Translations under genes and position numbers: made by a program
Notes under the pieces: model-generated
What the model was told of the DNA's origin: nothing
The model's database searches: none
Seen by the model: only the letters and a program-made list of their open reading frames with translations
Assembly (NCBI GenBank): GCA_028277945.1
Contig: JANQFH010000068.1
Coordinates: 272,400-336,399 of the forward strand
Direction of reading: 5' to 3'
Origin: Oligoflexia bacterium
GTDB lineage: Bacteria > Bdellovibrionota_G > JANQFH01
Length of the DNA stretch: 64,000 bases
Part shown: positions 30,357 to 40,929 of the stretch, in pieces
Numbering within the stretch: the stretch's first letter is position 1
Layout: each line of letters begins with the position of its first letter

Positions 30357-32078
30357 CTATTGCAAATACCAGTCTTCTGCTGCTTGCGCTGAATCAAACT
30401 GGTGTCCGGTGATGCGAAATCCCTTGAGGTTCGCAGGGATCACCGCCAACTGTGCCCGGTAGTAAAGCGGTATCACTGGCAGGTTCTTGGTGTACTCTTG
30501 TTGTACGATCTTCATGAGCGCTTTGCGTTTGCTAGGGTCGAATTCCGTGCGCACCTTGTCGAATGCGGCATCTGTGGCACGGTTGCGATAGCCAGAGAAG
30601 TTTTGGCCAGAATAGCCGTTTTCTTTGGTGGGAATAGATTTCGAGTGCAGTATAGAATCGGGCAGATTGCCAGGGCTGGAGATGTTGGCGTACATGGCCA
30701 TGGCTGGGAATTTTCTCTTTGTTAGGGTCTCGCCAAGAAAGACTCGCGGAGGTTCATTTTTGAGCTTGATCTCAATGCCAACTTTTTTCCATTCATTTTG
30801 TAAAAAGACTTGCACCAGCTCACGCGTCTTGTTCTCAGCCGTGGTCATCAAGGTCAGCGATAGGGGCTGGCCAGCCTTTTCGCGCATCTTATTCTTCCCG
30901 AGTTTCCATCCGGCTGCATCCAGGAGCTGGGCCGCCTTTTTGGGATCGTAGGGGTACTTCATGACATCACTAGTATAGTAAGGGTCAAGGGGATGGGTGT
31001 TGTGCATAGCCACGGGTTGTTTGCCGGCAAAGAGAGCCTGGACTAGTTTTTCGCGGTCCACAGCGTAAACCAAGGCACGACGCACACGGATGTCCTTGAG
31101 AATGGGATTGTTTAGGTTCAAGTCTATGTGCTCATAGACCATGCCTTGGCGGTATTTAATTTGGAAACGGTTCTGCAGTTTGCGATCTTTCTCTATGCGC
31201 TTTTCAAGCGCCAAGGCTTGGTCGAATGTTATGCCTAGCTCGCCCACCATATCTATGGTTCCCGAGAGGAGGTTGGCCTCAAGTGCCTGGGTATTGCGGA
31301 TGATCCTGACGATAATCTTGTCAATCTTTGCAGGCTTGCCGTAGAAGTAGGGGTTGCGCTCAAGCACGACGTGGCTGCCGAGTTTGACCTCTTTTATTAC
31401 ATAGGGGCCGTGATAGAGACCTGGGTTGGTGGGGTTACTGCTGTAGGCCGTTTGTTTTTCATAGGCGCCCAAACTGTTTTTGGTCTTCTCCCAAATCGGT
31501 CGTTCAATGTGGTTGGGAAGCAGATAGAAGGTAGCAAATTCATAGTAATCATAGCGTGGTCGATCATAGACGATCGTAAACTTCTTCGGGTTTTTTGGAT
31601 CAATGATGAACGCTTCAACCTGCTCATACTGCTCCTTTTCACCGGTAACCACGTTGGCAGATTTACCAACCTCCCAAGCAAGCTGCATATCGTAGGCAGT
31701 TACCGGAGTGCCATCGCCCCAACGGGCGTCCTTGATAATTTCCCACTGGGCGACCAACTTTTTCTCTCCCTTTTTCTCAACAATCTTCACCAGGCCGTTG
31801 TCAAAGCTAGGCATGACCTTGCATAGATGGCAGTGCCACTGCCAATCGGCGTTGATTGATGTGAGAGTACGGCCTGCCAAGTCATAGATGTAGAGGGCAG
31901 CAGCTGTCTGTGCAATCGTTGCATTGAGCGTCTCAAACTCCGAAGAGATACCTATGGTCAGCTGTTTGTTAGTTGGCAGTGCCCAGCTCGTTTTGCTGCT
32001 CCAGCCAAGCATCAGGAAAGGCATTACAATCAATAGTGTAAAACGAGCGACCTGAAATTTTTCTCGAACAGTTCGCAT
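30357..32078 (-). CDS. Family-5 (Opp/Dpp-like) ABC substrate-binding protein, copy 7
   Basis: Signal peptide, WGDGTPVTAYD, GPY, RVRRAL, LLDAAGW, PVIPLY. Confidence 0.93.
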   Translation of the reverse strand: MRTVREKFQVARFTLLIVMPFLMLGWSSKTSWALPTNKQLTIGISSEFETLNATIAQTAAALYIYDLAGRTLTSINADWQWHCHLCKVMPSFDNGLVKIVEKKGEKKLVAQWEIIKDARWGDGTPVTAYDMQLAWEVGKSANVVTGEKEQYEQVEAFIIDPKNPKKFTIVYDRPRYDYYEFATFYLLPNHIERPIWEKTKNSLGAYEKQTAYSSNPTNPGLYHGPYVIKEVKLGSHVVLERNPYFYGKPAKIDKIIVRIIRNTQALEANLLSGTIDMVGELGITFDQALALEKRIEKDRKLQNRFQIKYRQGMVYEHIDLNLNNPILKDIRVRRALVYAVDREKLVQALFAGKQPVAMHNTHPLDPYYTSDVMKYPYDPKKAAQLLDAAGWKLGKNKMREKAGQPLSLTLMTTAENKTRELVQVFLQNEWKKVGIEIKLKNEPPRVFLGETLTKRKFPAMAMYANISSPGNLPDSILHSKSIPTKENGYSGQNFSGYRNRATDAAFDKVRTEFDPSKRKALMKIVQQEYTKNLPVIPLYYRAQLAVIPANLKGFRITGHQFDSAQAAEDWYLQ

Positions 32079-32090
32079 GATCCTATTACC

Positions 32091-33797
32091 TCACTTTAGA
32101 TACCAGTTTTCGCTAGAAAAGGGTGACATAAACTGATGTCCGGTAATGCGATAGCCACGCAGGTTTGTTGGCGCAACACCCACAGCCACTCTAAAGTATA
32201 GCGGGATGACCGGCACATTGTTGCTGTATTCCTGTTGGACGATTTTCATCAGTTCTTTACGCTTGTCAAAGTTAAACTCCGCAAGCACGCCATCGAGCGC
32301 AGCATCGCTTGCAGCGCTAACGTAGCCACCATAGTTTTGGCCTGAGTAGCCGTTTTCCTTAGTGGGAATCTCTGAAGAACGCAGCGTTGAGGTGGGAATG
32401 CTCTCTGGACTCATCATCCAGGCATACATGATCATGTGCGGAAAATTCGCCTTACGCACGGTTTCATTGAAAAAGACTCGTGCTGGTTCGTTCTTAATGC
32501 TGACATCAATACCCACCTTCTTCCACTCGTTTTGCAGAAAGACCTGGACGATTTCACGACTCTTGTGTCCTGCTGTGGTCATGATGGTTAGGGACAAGGG
32601 TTTGCCATCTTTTTCGCGAATGCCCTGCTTGCCCATCTTCCAGCCAGCCTCCTCGAGAAGTTGAGCGGCTTTTTTTGGATCATAAGGATAGGTGGTGACA
32701 TCGTCGGTATAGTTGGGATCCAGGGGATGAATCGTATGTAAAGCTTTGGCATGTTTACCGGCAAACAGCGCCTTGACCATCTTGTCACGATCCACCGCGT
32801 GCACCAATGCCCGGCGCATGCGGAGGTCTTTGAGTATGGGGTTGCGCAGGTTGAGATCGATGTGTTCATAGATCATGCCCTGGCGATATTGGACGACAAA
32901 GCGTTTTTTGAGTTTTGGATCTTTTTGAATCCGCTTTTCAATGGCTTGGCCAATATCAAAGCCAAGGCCAATTTCCGCGATCATATCAATGGTGCCAGAG
33001 AAGAGGTTGGCCTCTAAGGTTTGTGTGTTGGGAATGACTTTAAAGATGATCTTTTCAATCTTGGGCTTGTTGCCATAAAAATGGGGATTACGCTTAAGCA
33101 CAACATGGCTGCCGAACTTCACTTCAGTTAGGCGGTAGGGGCCGTGATAAAGTCCTGGGTTGGTTGGCTGAGTAGCGTAGGCGCTCTGCTTTTCGTAGGC
33201 TCCAGGGCTTTCTTTTGTCTTTTGCCAAATTGGCGCTTCAATATGGTGTGGCAGGAGGTAGAAGGTGCCTAGATGGTAGTAGTTAAACCGCGGCTCTTTG
33301 TAGATGGTGATAAACTTCTTGGGATTTTTTGGATCAATGATAACGCGTTCAATCTGCTCATAGATGTCCTTCTCCGGCACAACAACGTTGGGAGATTTAC
33401 CAATCTCCCAGGCGAGCTTAAAGTCGTGCCCCGTTACCGGCGTGCCATCACCCCACTTCGCCCCTGCCTTGATCTGCCATCTCACCTCCAGTTTTTTCTG
33501 CCCCTTTTCTTCAATAATCTTAACCAGACCGTTTTTAAAGGTGGGAAACTCGGTGCAGAGCCAACAGGCCCACTGCCAGTCGGCATTCATTGAGGTCAGG
33601 GTACGGCCGAGAAAGCCGTATATATAGTAGTAGACAGCAGACTGTGAGATGAGGATGTTGAGTGCGTCAAACTCTTGTATGATGCCTATGGTGAGCTGTT
33701 TGTTGGTCGGTTGGGCGGTACTTCTGTGCGGTAGTGCCGTAGCCATGAGAGAGAAGAGCACAACCACCAACAAAGATCTCTGAAACCATGAACGCAT
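32091..33797 (-). CDS. Family-5 ABC substrate-binding protein, copy 6
   Basis: Same motifs; ATG 33797 after GGAG. Confidence 0.93.
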   Translation of the reverse strand: MRSWFQRSLLVVVLFSLMATALPHRSTAQPTNKQLTIGIIQEFDALNILISQSAVYYYIYGFLGRTLTSMNADWQWACWLCTEFPTFKNGLVKIIEEKGQKKLEVRWQIKAGAKWGDGTPVTGHDFKLAWEIGKSPNVVVPEKDIYEQIERVIIDPKNPKKFITIYKEPRFNYYHLGTFYLLPHHIEAPIWQKTKESPGAYEKQSAYATQPTNPGLYHGPYRLTEVKFGSHVVLKRNPHFYGNKPKIEKIIFKVIPNTQTLEANLFSGTIDMIAEIGLGFDIGQAIEKRIQKDPKLKKRFVVQYRQGMIYEHIDLNLRNPILKDLRMRRALVHAVDRDKMVKALFAGKHAKALHTIHPLDPNYTDDVTTYPYDPKKAAQLLEEAGWKMGKQGIREKDGKPLSLTIMTTAGHKSREIVQVFLQNEWKKVGIDVSIKNEPARVFFNETVRKANFPHMIMYAWMMSPESIPTSTLRSSEIPTKENGYSGQNYGGYVSAASDAALDGVLAEFNFDKRKELMKIVQQEYSNNVPVIPLYFRVAVGVAPTNLRGYRITGHQFMSPFSSENWYLK

Positions 33798-33807
33798 ACT
33801 TACACTC

Positions 33808-34761
33808 CTAACGTCGGATGGCTTTGGGGTCCAGGGCATCCTGCAAACCATCGCCAAGAAAGTTAAAGCTGACAACCACTAAGAAGATCAAAAAGCCAGG
33901 GATAATCACCTGTGATGGGGCGTTGTAGATCACCTCGAGGGCATTGTTGAGCATATTGCCCCAAGACGGTGTTGGCGGTTGGATACCTAGACCCAAAAAG
34001 CTCAGTGCCGCTTCAAAGAGAATGGCCTGGCCGACATTGAGGGTGACCGAGACGATTACCGGGGAGAGAACATTGGGTAACATCTCTCGTACGATAATAC
34101 CAAAAGAGCTCTCACCGCTGATCTTTGCCGAGAGAATGAACTCCTGCTCGCGGATGGCAAGCACCGCACTGCGCACCAGGCGTGCCTGCACCATCCAGGA
34201 GAAGACGATGAAAATGAGAATCATTTTGATGACACTAGAATCCTCGCCCTTAAGAAGCTCTGATAACAGGGGCAGTTTGCTAATATCGATGGCTGCCAAG
34301 ATAATCAGAATCGGCAGAATCGGCAGGGCTAGTAGGGAATCGGTTAGCCGCATGAGCGCATGGTCGATAAAGCCACCATAGTAACCAGCCACCGTACCGA
34401 CGACAATGCCAATCAACATCGAGGCTCCAGCGGAGACAAACGCCACCATCAATGAGATGCGGGTACCATAGACCAAGCGGATGAAGACATCGCGTCCAGC
34501 CTCGTCGATTCCTAGCCAGTTCTCCCGGCTCCAAGGACCGTAGCGGCTGAGGATGTCTTGAGCGCTGGGATCAAGTCCGGTCATCTGGGCGATGAGATCT
34601 GCTCCGATTGCAACTAGACAGAAAAATCCGATGATAAAGAGACCAACCAGTGCCAGGCGGTGTTCCATAAAGCGTCCCAGAACAATCTGAAACATGCTCT
34701 GGACGTGGCCACTGGGTTGTTCAAAATCGTCGTTCTCAAAGGTTTTTGTTGAGGTCGCCAT
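33808..34761 (-). CDS. oppC: Peptide ABC permease (OppC/DppC type)
   Basis: LGIDEAGRDV, EAA-loop region, EAALSFLGLGIQPPTPSWG, LGDGLQDALDP. Confidence 0.92.
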   Translation of the reverse strand: MATSTKTFENDDFEQPSGHVQSMFQIVLGRFMEHRLALVGLFIIGFFCLVAIGADLIAQMTGLDPSAQDILSRYGPWSRENWLGIDEAGRDVFIRLVYGTRISLMVAFVSAGASMLIGIVVGTVAGYYGGFIDHALMRLTDSLLALPILPILIILAAIDISKLPLLSELLKGEDSSVIKMILIFIVFSWMVQARLVRSAVLAIREQEFILSAKISGESSFGIIVREMLPNVLSPVIVSVTLNVGQAILFEAALSFLGLGIQPPTPSWGNMLNNALEVIYNAPSQVIIPGFLIFLVVVSFNFLGDGLQDALDPKAIRR

Positions 34762-34778
34762 TTTGTACTCTGCGATCG

Positions 34779-35753
34779 CTATTTAAAAGAAATCCGTGGG
34801 TCTAGATAAGCGTAACAGATGTCTGCCACCAGGTTCATTACTAACACCATGCATGCCGTGATGATGAAGCTACACATGGCGACGTTAAAGTCGTTGCCGA
34901 TGATCGAATCAAACATCAGCTTACCCACCCCTTGGTAAGAGAAGACCGTCTCAGTAATCACCGCACCCGAGGCAATGCGCGGAAACTCCAAGGCGACCAC
35001 GGTAACCACAGGCAGTAGGGCGTTACGCAGGCCGTGTCGGGTTACTACATGGTGCCACGCCAAACCCTTGGCACGCGCGGTACGGATAAAGTCGAGCCGC
35101 ATGGTCTCCAACATGGAGGCACGCGTGTAGCGTATCCAACCGGCAATGGTGAGCGAGGCCAATGTAGCTGTGGGTAGCACCAGGTACTTGGCACGGTCTA
35201 AGAGGTAGGCCCACGTGCCCTGGGTTGCCTCCACGCCAATGGTCTCCACTCCACCAGCAGGAAGCCACTTGAAGAAAACGCTAAAGACGATGATGAGCAT
35301 TAGCCCTAACCAAAAAGAGGGAGCTGAAATGCCTGAGAAGGCAAAGAAGTTGACGATGTAATCAAATTTAGAGTTGGCTTTTAGGCTGGTGAGCACGCCA
35401 ATGGGAATGGCGATAAGCAACGATACGAGGATAACCGTGGCACCGAGGATCATGGTGTTGAGAAGTCGCGGTAGCAGAATGGTCGTCACGGGCTGGCGGT
35501 AGGTGCGCGAGTAACCCAAGTCTCCCTGTACAAAGGCAAATATCCATTTGCCATAGCGCTCATAAATTGGCCTATCGAGTCCTAGCTGTTTTTTCATCAG
35601 ATCTAGATTCTCTGGGGTGCAACGCGGATTGGCGGCACAGGCAATATCGAGCGGATCACCAGGCATCAAGCCCATGAGGCCGTAAGTGATGAAAGAGAGC
35701 GCAAAGAGCACAATCACCGTTTGCAGGAGCCGTCTGATAATATAGGCAGTCAT
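34779..35753 (-). CDS. oppB: Peptide ABC permease (OppB/DppB type)
   Basis: PGDP, GDLGYS, PSFWLG, TARAKGL, ITETVF, YLDPRI. Confidence 0.93.
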   Translation of the reverse strand: MTAYIIRRLLQTVIVLFALSFITYGLMGLMPGDPLDIACAANPRCTPENLDLMKKQLGLDRPIYERYGKWIFAFVQGDLGYSRTYRQPVTTILLPRLLNTMILGATVILVSLLIAIPIGVLTSLKANSKFDYIVNFFAFSGISAPSFWLGLMLIIVFSVFFKWLPAGGVETIGVEATQGTWAYLLDRAKYLVLPTATLASLTIAGWIRYTRASMLETMRLDFIRTARAKGLAWHHVVTRHGLRNALLPVVTVVALEFPRIASGAVITETVFSYQGVGKLMFDSIIGNDFNVAMCSFIITACMVLVMNLVADICYAYLDPRISFK

Positions 35754-35754
35754 C

Positions 35755-37452
35755 TTATTTCAGTGCCCATTTATCTGCCGAGAGGGTGGAAAAAAACTGA
35801 TGCCCAGTGATGCGAAAACCCGTTAAGTTGACAGGTACTACCGCAATTTGTGCTCTAAAGTAGAGCGGGATGGTCGGCAGCTCCTTGGTGACCTCCTGCT
35901 GGACGATCTTCATCAGTTTTTTTCGTTTGTTGAAGTCGAGCTCTAAAACAATATCGTCAAAAGCCGCATCGACCTTCTTGTTGACAAAGCCCATGACGTT
36001 TTGACCTGAAAAGCCGTTTTCTTTTCTGGGGATGGAGATCGATTGCAGGATAGATTCAGGGACATTGCCGGGGCTAGAAATATGGGCATACATCGCCATG
36101 GCGGGGTATTTTGCCTTACGTATGGTTTCACCGAAGAAAGTGCGCGACGGCTGATTCTTGATGGCAATGTCCACCCCGACCTTCTGCCATTCATGCTGCA
36201 AGAAGACCTCGACCAACTCACGCGTCTTATCTCCAGCCGTGCTCATAAAACTGAGCAGCAGCGGTTTGCCATCTCTTTCGCGCACACCGTTCTTACCAAC
36301 TTTCCATCCGGCTGCGTCGAGGAGTTCAGCCGCCTTTCTCGGATCGTAAGGGTATTTCGTGACCTCATCCGTAAAGTAGGGATCCAGAGGATGGGTTCTG
36401 TGAGACGCTGCTTGCTGTTTGCCCTCAAAAAGGGCCTCTACGAGTTTGTTGCGGTCAATGCTATAGGTTAGCGCCCGACGGACTCTACGGTCTTGAAGAA
36501 CGGGGTTACGCAGATTAAAATCAATGTGTTCAAAGATTGTACCTTGGCGGTAACTAACACGAAAGCGCTTTTTCAATTCGGGGTCCTTTTCAATGCGCTT
36601 TTCTAGCGCGAGCGCCTGATCAAATTTAATGCCGATCTCACTGATCATATCAATGGTGCCAGCAAGCAAATTGGCTTCCAATGCCTGGGTATTGGGGATG
36701 ATTTTAAAAATCAACTTCTCAATCTTGGGCTTGCGACCATAGTAGTGTGGGTTGCGCACCAGGATGACATGGCTTCCTGCTTTGGCCTCCCTGACCATGT
36801 AGGGTCCCATGGAGAGTCCGGGGTTGGTGGGGTTTGTGCTGTAGGCGGTCTGTTTTTCATACGCCCCCAAGCTGTTCTTGCTCTTCTCCCAGATCGGCCC
36901 TTCAATGTGACTGGGCAATAGGTGGAAAGTGCCTATTTGATAATAGTCGTAACGAACCTTGTGGTATTTCGTTGTAAACCGCTTTGGGTTTTTTGGGTCT
37001 ATGGTAAAGCTCTCGATCTGCTCAAAAACATCTTTAAGACCGACTATGACGTTTTTCGACTTACCCACCTCCCAGGCGAGCTTCATGTCATAAGCGGTGA
37101 CCGGTGTGCCATCACCCCAAGTTGCTTTAGGGTGGATCTCCCACTGCACCAGCAGCTTTTTCTTGCCGTCTTCTTCGATGGCCTTGGCTAGACCATTGTC
37201 TATGGTTGGCAGCTTGGTGCAGAGCCAGCACTGCCATTGCCAGTCTGAATTAATTTCAGTGAGGCCATGCGTAAACAAATAGTAAATGTAGAAGCCACCG
37301 GAATTCTGCGAGATGAGGGGGTTGAGACTGTCGTACTCCTGGGTGATTCCGATAGTTAGCTGCTTGTTGGTTGGCAAGGCATGCGCTAACGGCACCTTCC
37401 ATGCCATACTCAGCAATAATATTAGACTGAAAACGCTTTTGAGTTGTTGCAT
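35755..37452 (-). CDS. Family-5 ABC substrate-binding protein, copy 5
   Basis: Paralogous motifs, signal peptide. Confidence 0.93.
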   Translation of the reverse strand: MQQLKSVFSLILLLSMAWKVPLAHALPTNKQLTIGITQEYDSLNPLISQNSGGFYIYYLFTHGLTEINSDWQWQCWLCTKLPTIDNGLAKAIEEDGKKKLLVQWEIHPKATWGDGTPVTAYDMKLAWEVGKSKNVIVGLKDVFEQIESFTIDPKNPKRFTTKYHKVRYDYYQIGTFHLLPSHIEGPIWEKSKNSLGAYEKQTAYSTNPTNPGLSMGPYMVREAKAGSHVILVRNPHYYGRKPKIEKLIFKIIPNTQALEANLLAGTIDMISEIGIKFDQALALEKRIEKDPELKKRFRVSYRQGTIFEHIDFNLRNPVLQDRRVRRALTYSIDRNKLVEALFEGKQQAASHRTHPLDPYFTDEVTKYPYDPRKAAELLDAAGWKVGKNGVRERDGKPLLLSFMSTAGDKTRELVEVFLQHEWQKVGVDIAIKNQPSRTFFGETIRKAKYPAMAMYAHISSPGNVPESILQSISIPRKENGFSGQNVMGFVNKKVDAAFDDIVLELDFNKRKKLMKIVQQEVTKELPTIPLYFRAQIAVVPVNLTGFRITGHQFFSTLSADKWALK

Positions 37453-37461
37453 AGCAAACCT

Positions 37462-39168
37462 CTATTTCAAATGCCACGAATCTGCTGACATGGTCGAGTA
37501 ATACTGATGCCCAGTGATACGAAATCCCCGCAGGTTTGTGGGGATAACAGCGATCTCCGCACGATTATACAGCGGAATCACCGGCACCTCTTTGACATAC
37601 TCCTGCTGTATGATCTTCATAAGCTTCTTGCGTTGGTTAAAGTCAAATTCCACAAAGATTTGATCCAGAGCCTGGTCTGTTTTGGCGTTAGTGTAGCCGG
37701 TGAAATTAAGACCGCTAAAGCCATTTGCCTTGGTGGGAATTTGCGATGAATGCAAATTTTGCTTTGGCGGTTGGTCAGGGCTAGAGACCCAGGCAAACAT
37801 CGCCATAGCGGGAAAGTTACGCTTTCTTGCTGTTTCACTGAAAAAGACGCGAGCTGGTTCATTTTTGATCTTAATGTCAAAACCCACCTTGCGCCACTCG
37901 TTTTGCAAAAACACCTCAACCAGTTCACGGGTTTTATCACCAGCTGTAGTCATGATGGTCAGTGAGAGGGGTTTGCCCGCTTTCTCGCGCACGCCTTGCT
38001 TGTTTAGCTTCCAGCCGGCTGCCTCAAGCAGCTTGCCGGCCTTTTGCGGATTGTAGGGGTACTTCATAACATCCTCTGTATAGTAGGGATCAAGAGGATG
38101 CACCGAATGCAGCGCCTTTTGCTGCTTACCCTCAAAGAGCGCCTGTACCAACTTATCGCGATCTATGGCGTACATGAGCGCACGCCGTACTCGTATATCC
38201 TTGAGAATCGGATTGCTTAGATTGAGGTCAATGTGTTCGTAGAGCGTGGCACGTCGGTACTTTACGGCAAACCTCTCCTTGAGCTTGGGATCACCCATGA
38301 GCCGCTTTTCAAAGGAGAGTGCCTGATCCAAAGTCATGCCGAGCTCACACGCCATATCAATGGTTCCTGAGAGCAGGTTGGCTTCGAGAGCCTGGGTATT
38401 GTGGATGAGCTTAAAGACAATCTGTTGGATGGCGGGCTTCTTACCGTAGTAGTGTGGGTTGGGTGTCATGACGATGTGGCTGCCGACCTTGATCTCTTTA
38501 ATTAGGTAAGGACCAGAGTAGAGACCAGGATGCGTTGGGTTGGTGACATAGATAGTCTGCTTTTCATAGGCGCCCTGCTTGTCCTTGGTCTTTTCCCACA
38601 CCTTGGCTTCAAGATGGTGTGGGACCAAGCGAAAACGTCCTAGTTGGTAGTAGTCGTAGCGGTGTTGTTTGTATATGGTGGTGAACTGTTTGGGGTCTTT
38701 GTTGTTGACAGTAACCTTTTCAAAACGTTGGTAGTAGTCTTTCTCGGCGACCATGACATGCGGAGAGCGGCCAATCTCCCAGGCGAGTTTAAAATCATAA
38801 CCAGTCACCGGCTTACCATCACCCCATTTGGCATCTGGTTTGATTTTCCAGTCGACCTGTAGTTTTTTCTTGCCATCTATTTCTATAAACTTGGCCATGC
38901 CGTTTTCAAAGGTGGGCAGTTCGGTGCACAGCCAGCAGCCCCACTGCCAATCGGCGTCGATGGTCGTTAGTGGATGGTCGACCAGATTAGAGATGTAGGC
39001 GGTTGCGGCCATCTCATGGATAATGGGATTGAGGGTTTCAAACTCCTGGACAATGCCAATGACGAGCTCGCGGTTACTTGGGGCCGCAGCAAGTTGTTGC
39101 AACCACATCACTGCTGCAAGAAAGAGCAGTAATGCAGTAAAACCAGATTTATATAAGCGTTGTTTCAT
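37462..39168 (-). CDS. Family-5 ABC substrate-binding protein, copy 4
   Basis: Paralogous motifs, signal peptide. Confidence 0.93.
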   Translation of the reverse strand: MKQRLYKSGFTALLLFLAAVMWLQQLAAAPSNRELVIGIVQEFETLNPIIHEMAATAYISNLVDHPLTTIDADWQWGCWLCTELPTFENGMAKFIEIDGKKKLQVDWKIKPDAKWGDGKPVTGYDFKLAWEIGRSPHVMVAEKDYYQRFEKVTVNNKDPKQFTTIYKQHRYDYYQLGRFRLVPHHLEAKVWEKTKDKQGAYEKQTIYVTNPTHPGLYSGPYLIKEIKVGSHIVMTPNPHYYGKKPAIQQIVFKLIHNTQALEANLLSGTIDMACELGMTLDQALSFEKRLMGDPKLKERFAVKYRRATLYEHIDLNLSNPILKDIRVRRALMYAIDRDKLVQALFEGKQQKALHSVHPLDPYYTEDVMKYPYNPQKAGKLLEAAGWKLNKQGVREKAGKPLSLTIMTTAGDKTRELVEVFLQNEWRKVGFDIKIKNEPARVFFSETARKRNFPAMAMFAWVSSPDQPPKQNLHSSQIPTKANGFSGLNFTGYTNAKTDQALDQIFVEFDFNQRKKLMKIIQQEYVKEVPVIPLYNRAEIAVIPTNLRGFRITGHQYYSTMSADSWHLK

Positions 39169-39219
39169 GATTTAGACCTCCCGTTACTCAAAATATCCCT
39201 TTTATTCCAAATACCCCCA

Positions 39220-40929
39220 TTACTCTAAATACCATTGATCTGCTGACTGGGTTGAATAAAACTGATGTCCGCTGATACGAAAGCCACGCAGGTTTGTTGG
39301 CACCACGACCACTTCAGAGCGGTTGTATAAAGGTATGACCGGCACCTCCTTGGCATACTCCTGCTGGACGATCTTCATCAACTGCTTGCGCTTTTGAAAA
39401 TCAAACTCTCTTAGGACCTTATCTAGAGCAGTGTCGTTTCTAACATTGGCAAAACCGGTGTAGTTTTGTCCGGAATAACCGTTGTCGACTGTTGGTATCT
39501 CTTTAGAGTGGGTTGTCGATATAGGCGGTACATCCGGACTAGCGATCCAGGCAAACAGTACCATGGCTGGGAACTTTCGTTGTGGCAGGGTGACACCAAA
39601 TAAGACCCGCGCCGGCTCGTTTTTAATGGTAATGTCAACTGCCACTCGCTTCCATTCGTTTTGCAGAAAAACCTGCACCAGCTCGCGGGTCTTATTGCCG
39701 GCTGTGGTCATAAGGTTTAGGGAGAGCTTTTTACCGTCCTTTTGCCGTATGCCATCCTCGCCCATCTTCCAGCCTGCTTGATCAAGGAGCTTGGCTGCTC
39801 TTTTAGGGTCAAAACGGTACTGCCTGACATCATCCGTATAATAGGGATCCAGAGGGTGGATGTTGTGGAGCGCCTTCTTCTGCATGCCCTGAAAAAGCGC
39901 TTGTACGAGTTTATCGCGATCGATAGCGTGTACCAGAGCTCGGCGCACACGGATGTCTTTTAGAATTGGATTGTTCATGTTGAGATCAATGTGCTCGTAG
40001 ATGGTTCCCTGCCGGTAGAGCACTTTATAGCGCTTTTTTAGCTTTGGATCTTGGGCAAGCCGTTTTTCAAAGGCCAAGCCTTGATCAAACTGCAGGCCGT
40101 TTTCATTGATCATATCCACCGTGCCAGAGAGCAAGTTGGCCTCAAGTGTTTGCGTGTTGGGAATGATTTTAACAATGATCTTTTCGATTTTTGCTGTGTT
40201 GCCATAGTAATGCGGGTTGCGTTCGAGAATAATATGGCTGCCAGCCTTGACTCCTTTAGCGACATAGGGTCCACAGTAGAGCCCAGGGTTGGTTGGGTTG
40301 GTGTTGTAGTGGGTCTGTTTCTCGTAAGCTCCCTGGCTTGCTTTTGTTTTTTCCCAAATCGGTCCCTCTAGGTGGTGTGGTGTTAGATAAAAGGTTCCTA
40401 ACTGGTAGTAGCTGTAACGCGGCTCCTTATAGATTGTCCTGAATTTCTTAGGATTTTTTGCATCAATATGAAAGCTCTCGATCTGCTCATACTGGTCTTT
40501 CTCTCCCGCTAGAACATTGGGAGACCTGCCGATTTCCCAGGCGAGTTTCATATCGTAGCCGGTCACAGGCTTGCCGTCTCCCCAGCTGGCTTTGGCTTTG
40601 ATCTGCCAGTCGACCTGCAATTTCTTTTTGCCATCTTGCTCAATGATCTTGACTAAGCCATTTTCAAAGGTGGGCAGCTCCTTACAGAGCCAGCAGGCCC
40701 ACTGCCAATCAGCGTTAATGGCAGTAAGGGTGTGCGTGAGCAGTCCATCCAGATAAGCGCGTGCCGAAGAATTGGAGATGTTAGGGTTTAATGTATCAAA
40801 CTCTTGGGCTGTGGCGATGGTCAACTGCTTGTTGCTGGGCAGTGCAATTGCTGGCCTTGTCATCGGCACGGATGTAACAAGTACTACACCCAGTAGGAGA
40901 ATCTGCTTTACGAAACCAGCCTTTGTCAT
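39220..40929 (-). CDS. Family-5 ABC substrate-binding protein, copy 3
   Basis: Paralogous motifs; ATGA overlap with copy 2. Confidence 0.93.
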   Translation of the reverse strand: MTKAGFVKQILLLGVVLVTSVPMTRPAIALPSNKQLTIATAQEFDTLNPNISNSSARAYLDGLLTHTLTAINADWQWACWLCKELPTFENGLVKIIEQDGKKKLQVDWQIKAKASWGDGKPVTGYDMKLAWEIGRSPNVLAGEKDQYEQIESFHIDAKNPKKFRTIYKEPRYSYYQLGTFYLTPHHLEGPIWEKTKASQGAYEKQTHYNTNPTNPGLYCGPYVAKGVKAGSHIILERNPHYYGNTAKIEKIIVKIIPNTQTLEANLLSGTVDMINENGLQFDQGLAFEKRLAQDPKLKKRYKVLYRQGTIYEHIDLNMNNPILKDIRVRRALVHAIDRDKLVQALFQGMQKKALHNIHPLDPYYTDDVRQYRFDPKRAAKLLDQAGWKMGEDGIRQKDGKKLSLNLMTTAGNKTRELVQVFLQNEWKRVAVDITIKNEPARVLFGVTLPQRKFPAMVLFAWIASPDVPPISTTHSKEIPTVDNGYSGQNYTGFANVRNDTALDKVLREFDFQKRKQLMKIVQQEYAKEVPVIPLYNRSEVVVVPTNLRGFRISGHQFYSTQSADQWYLE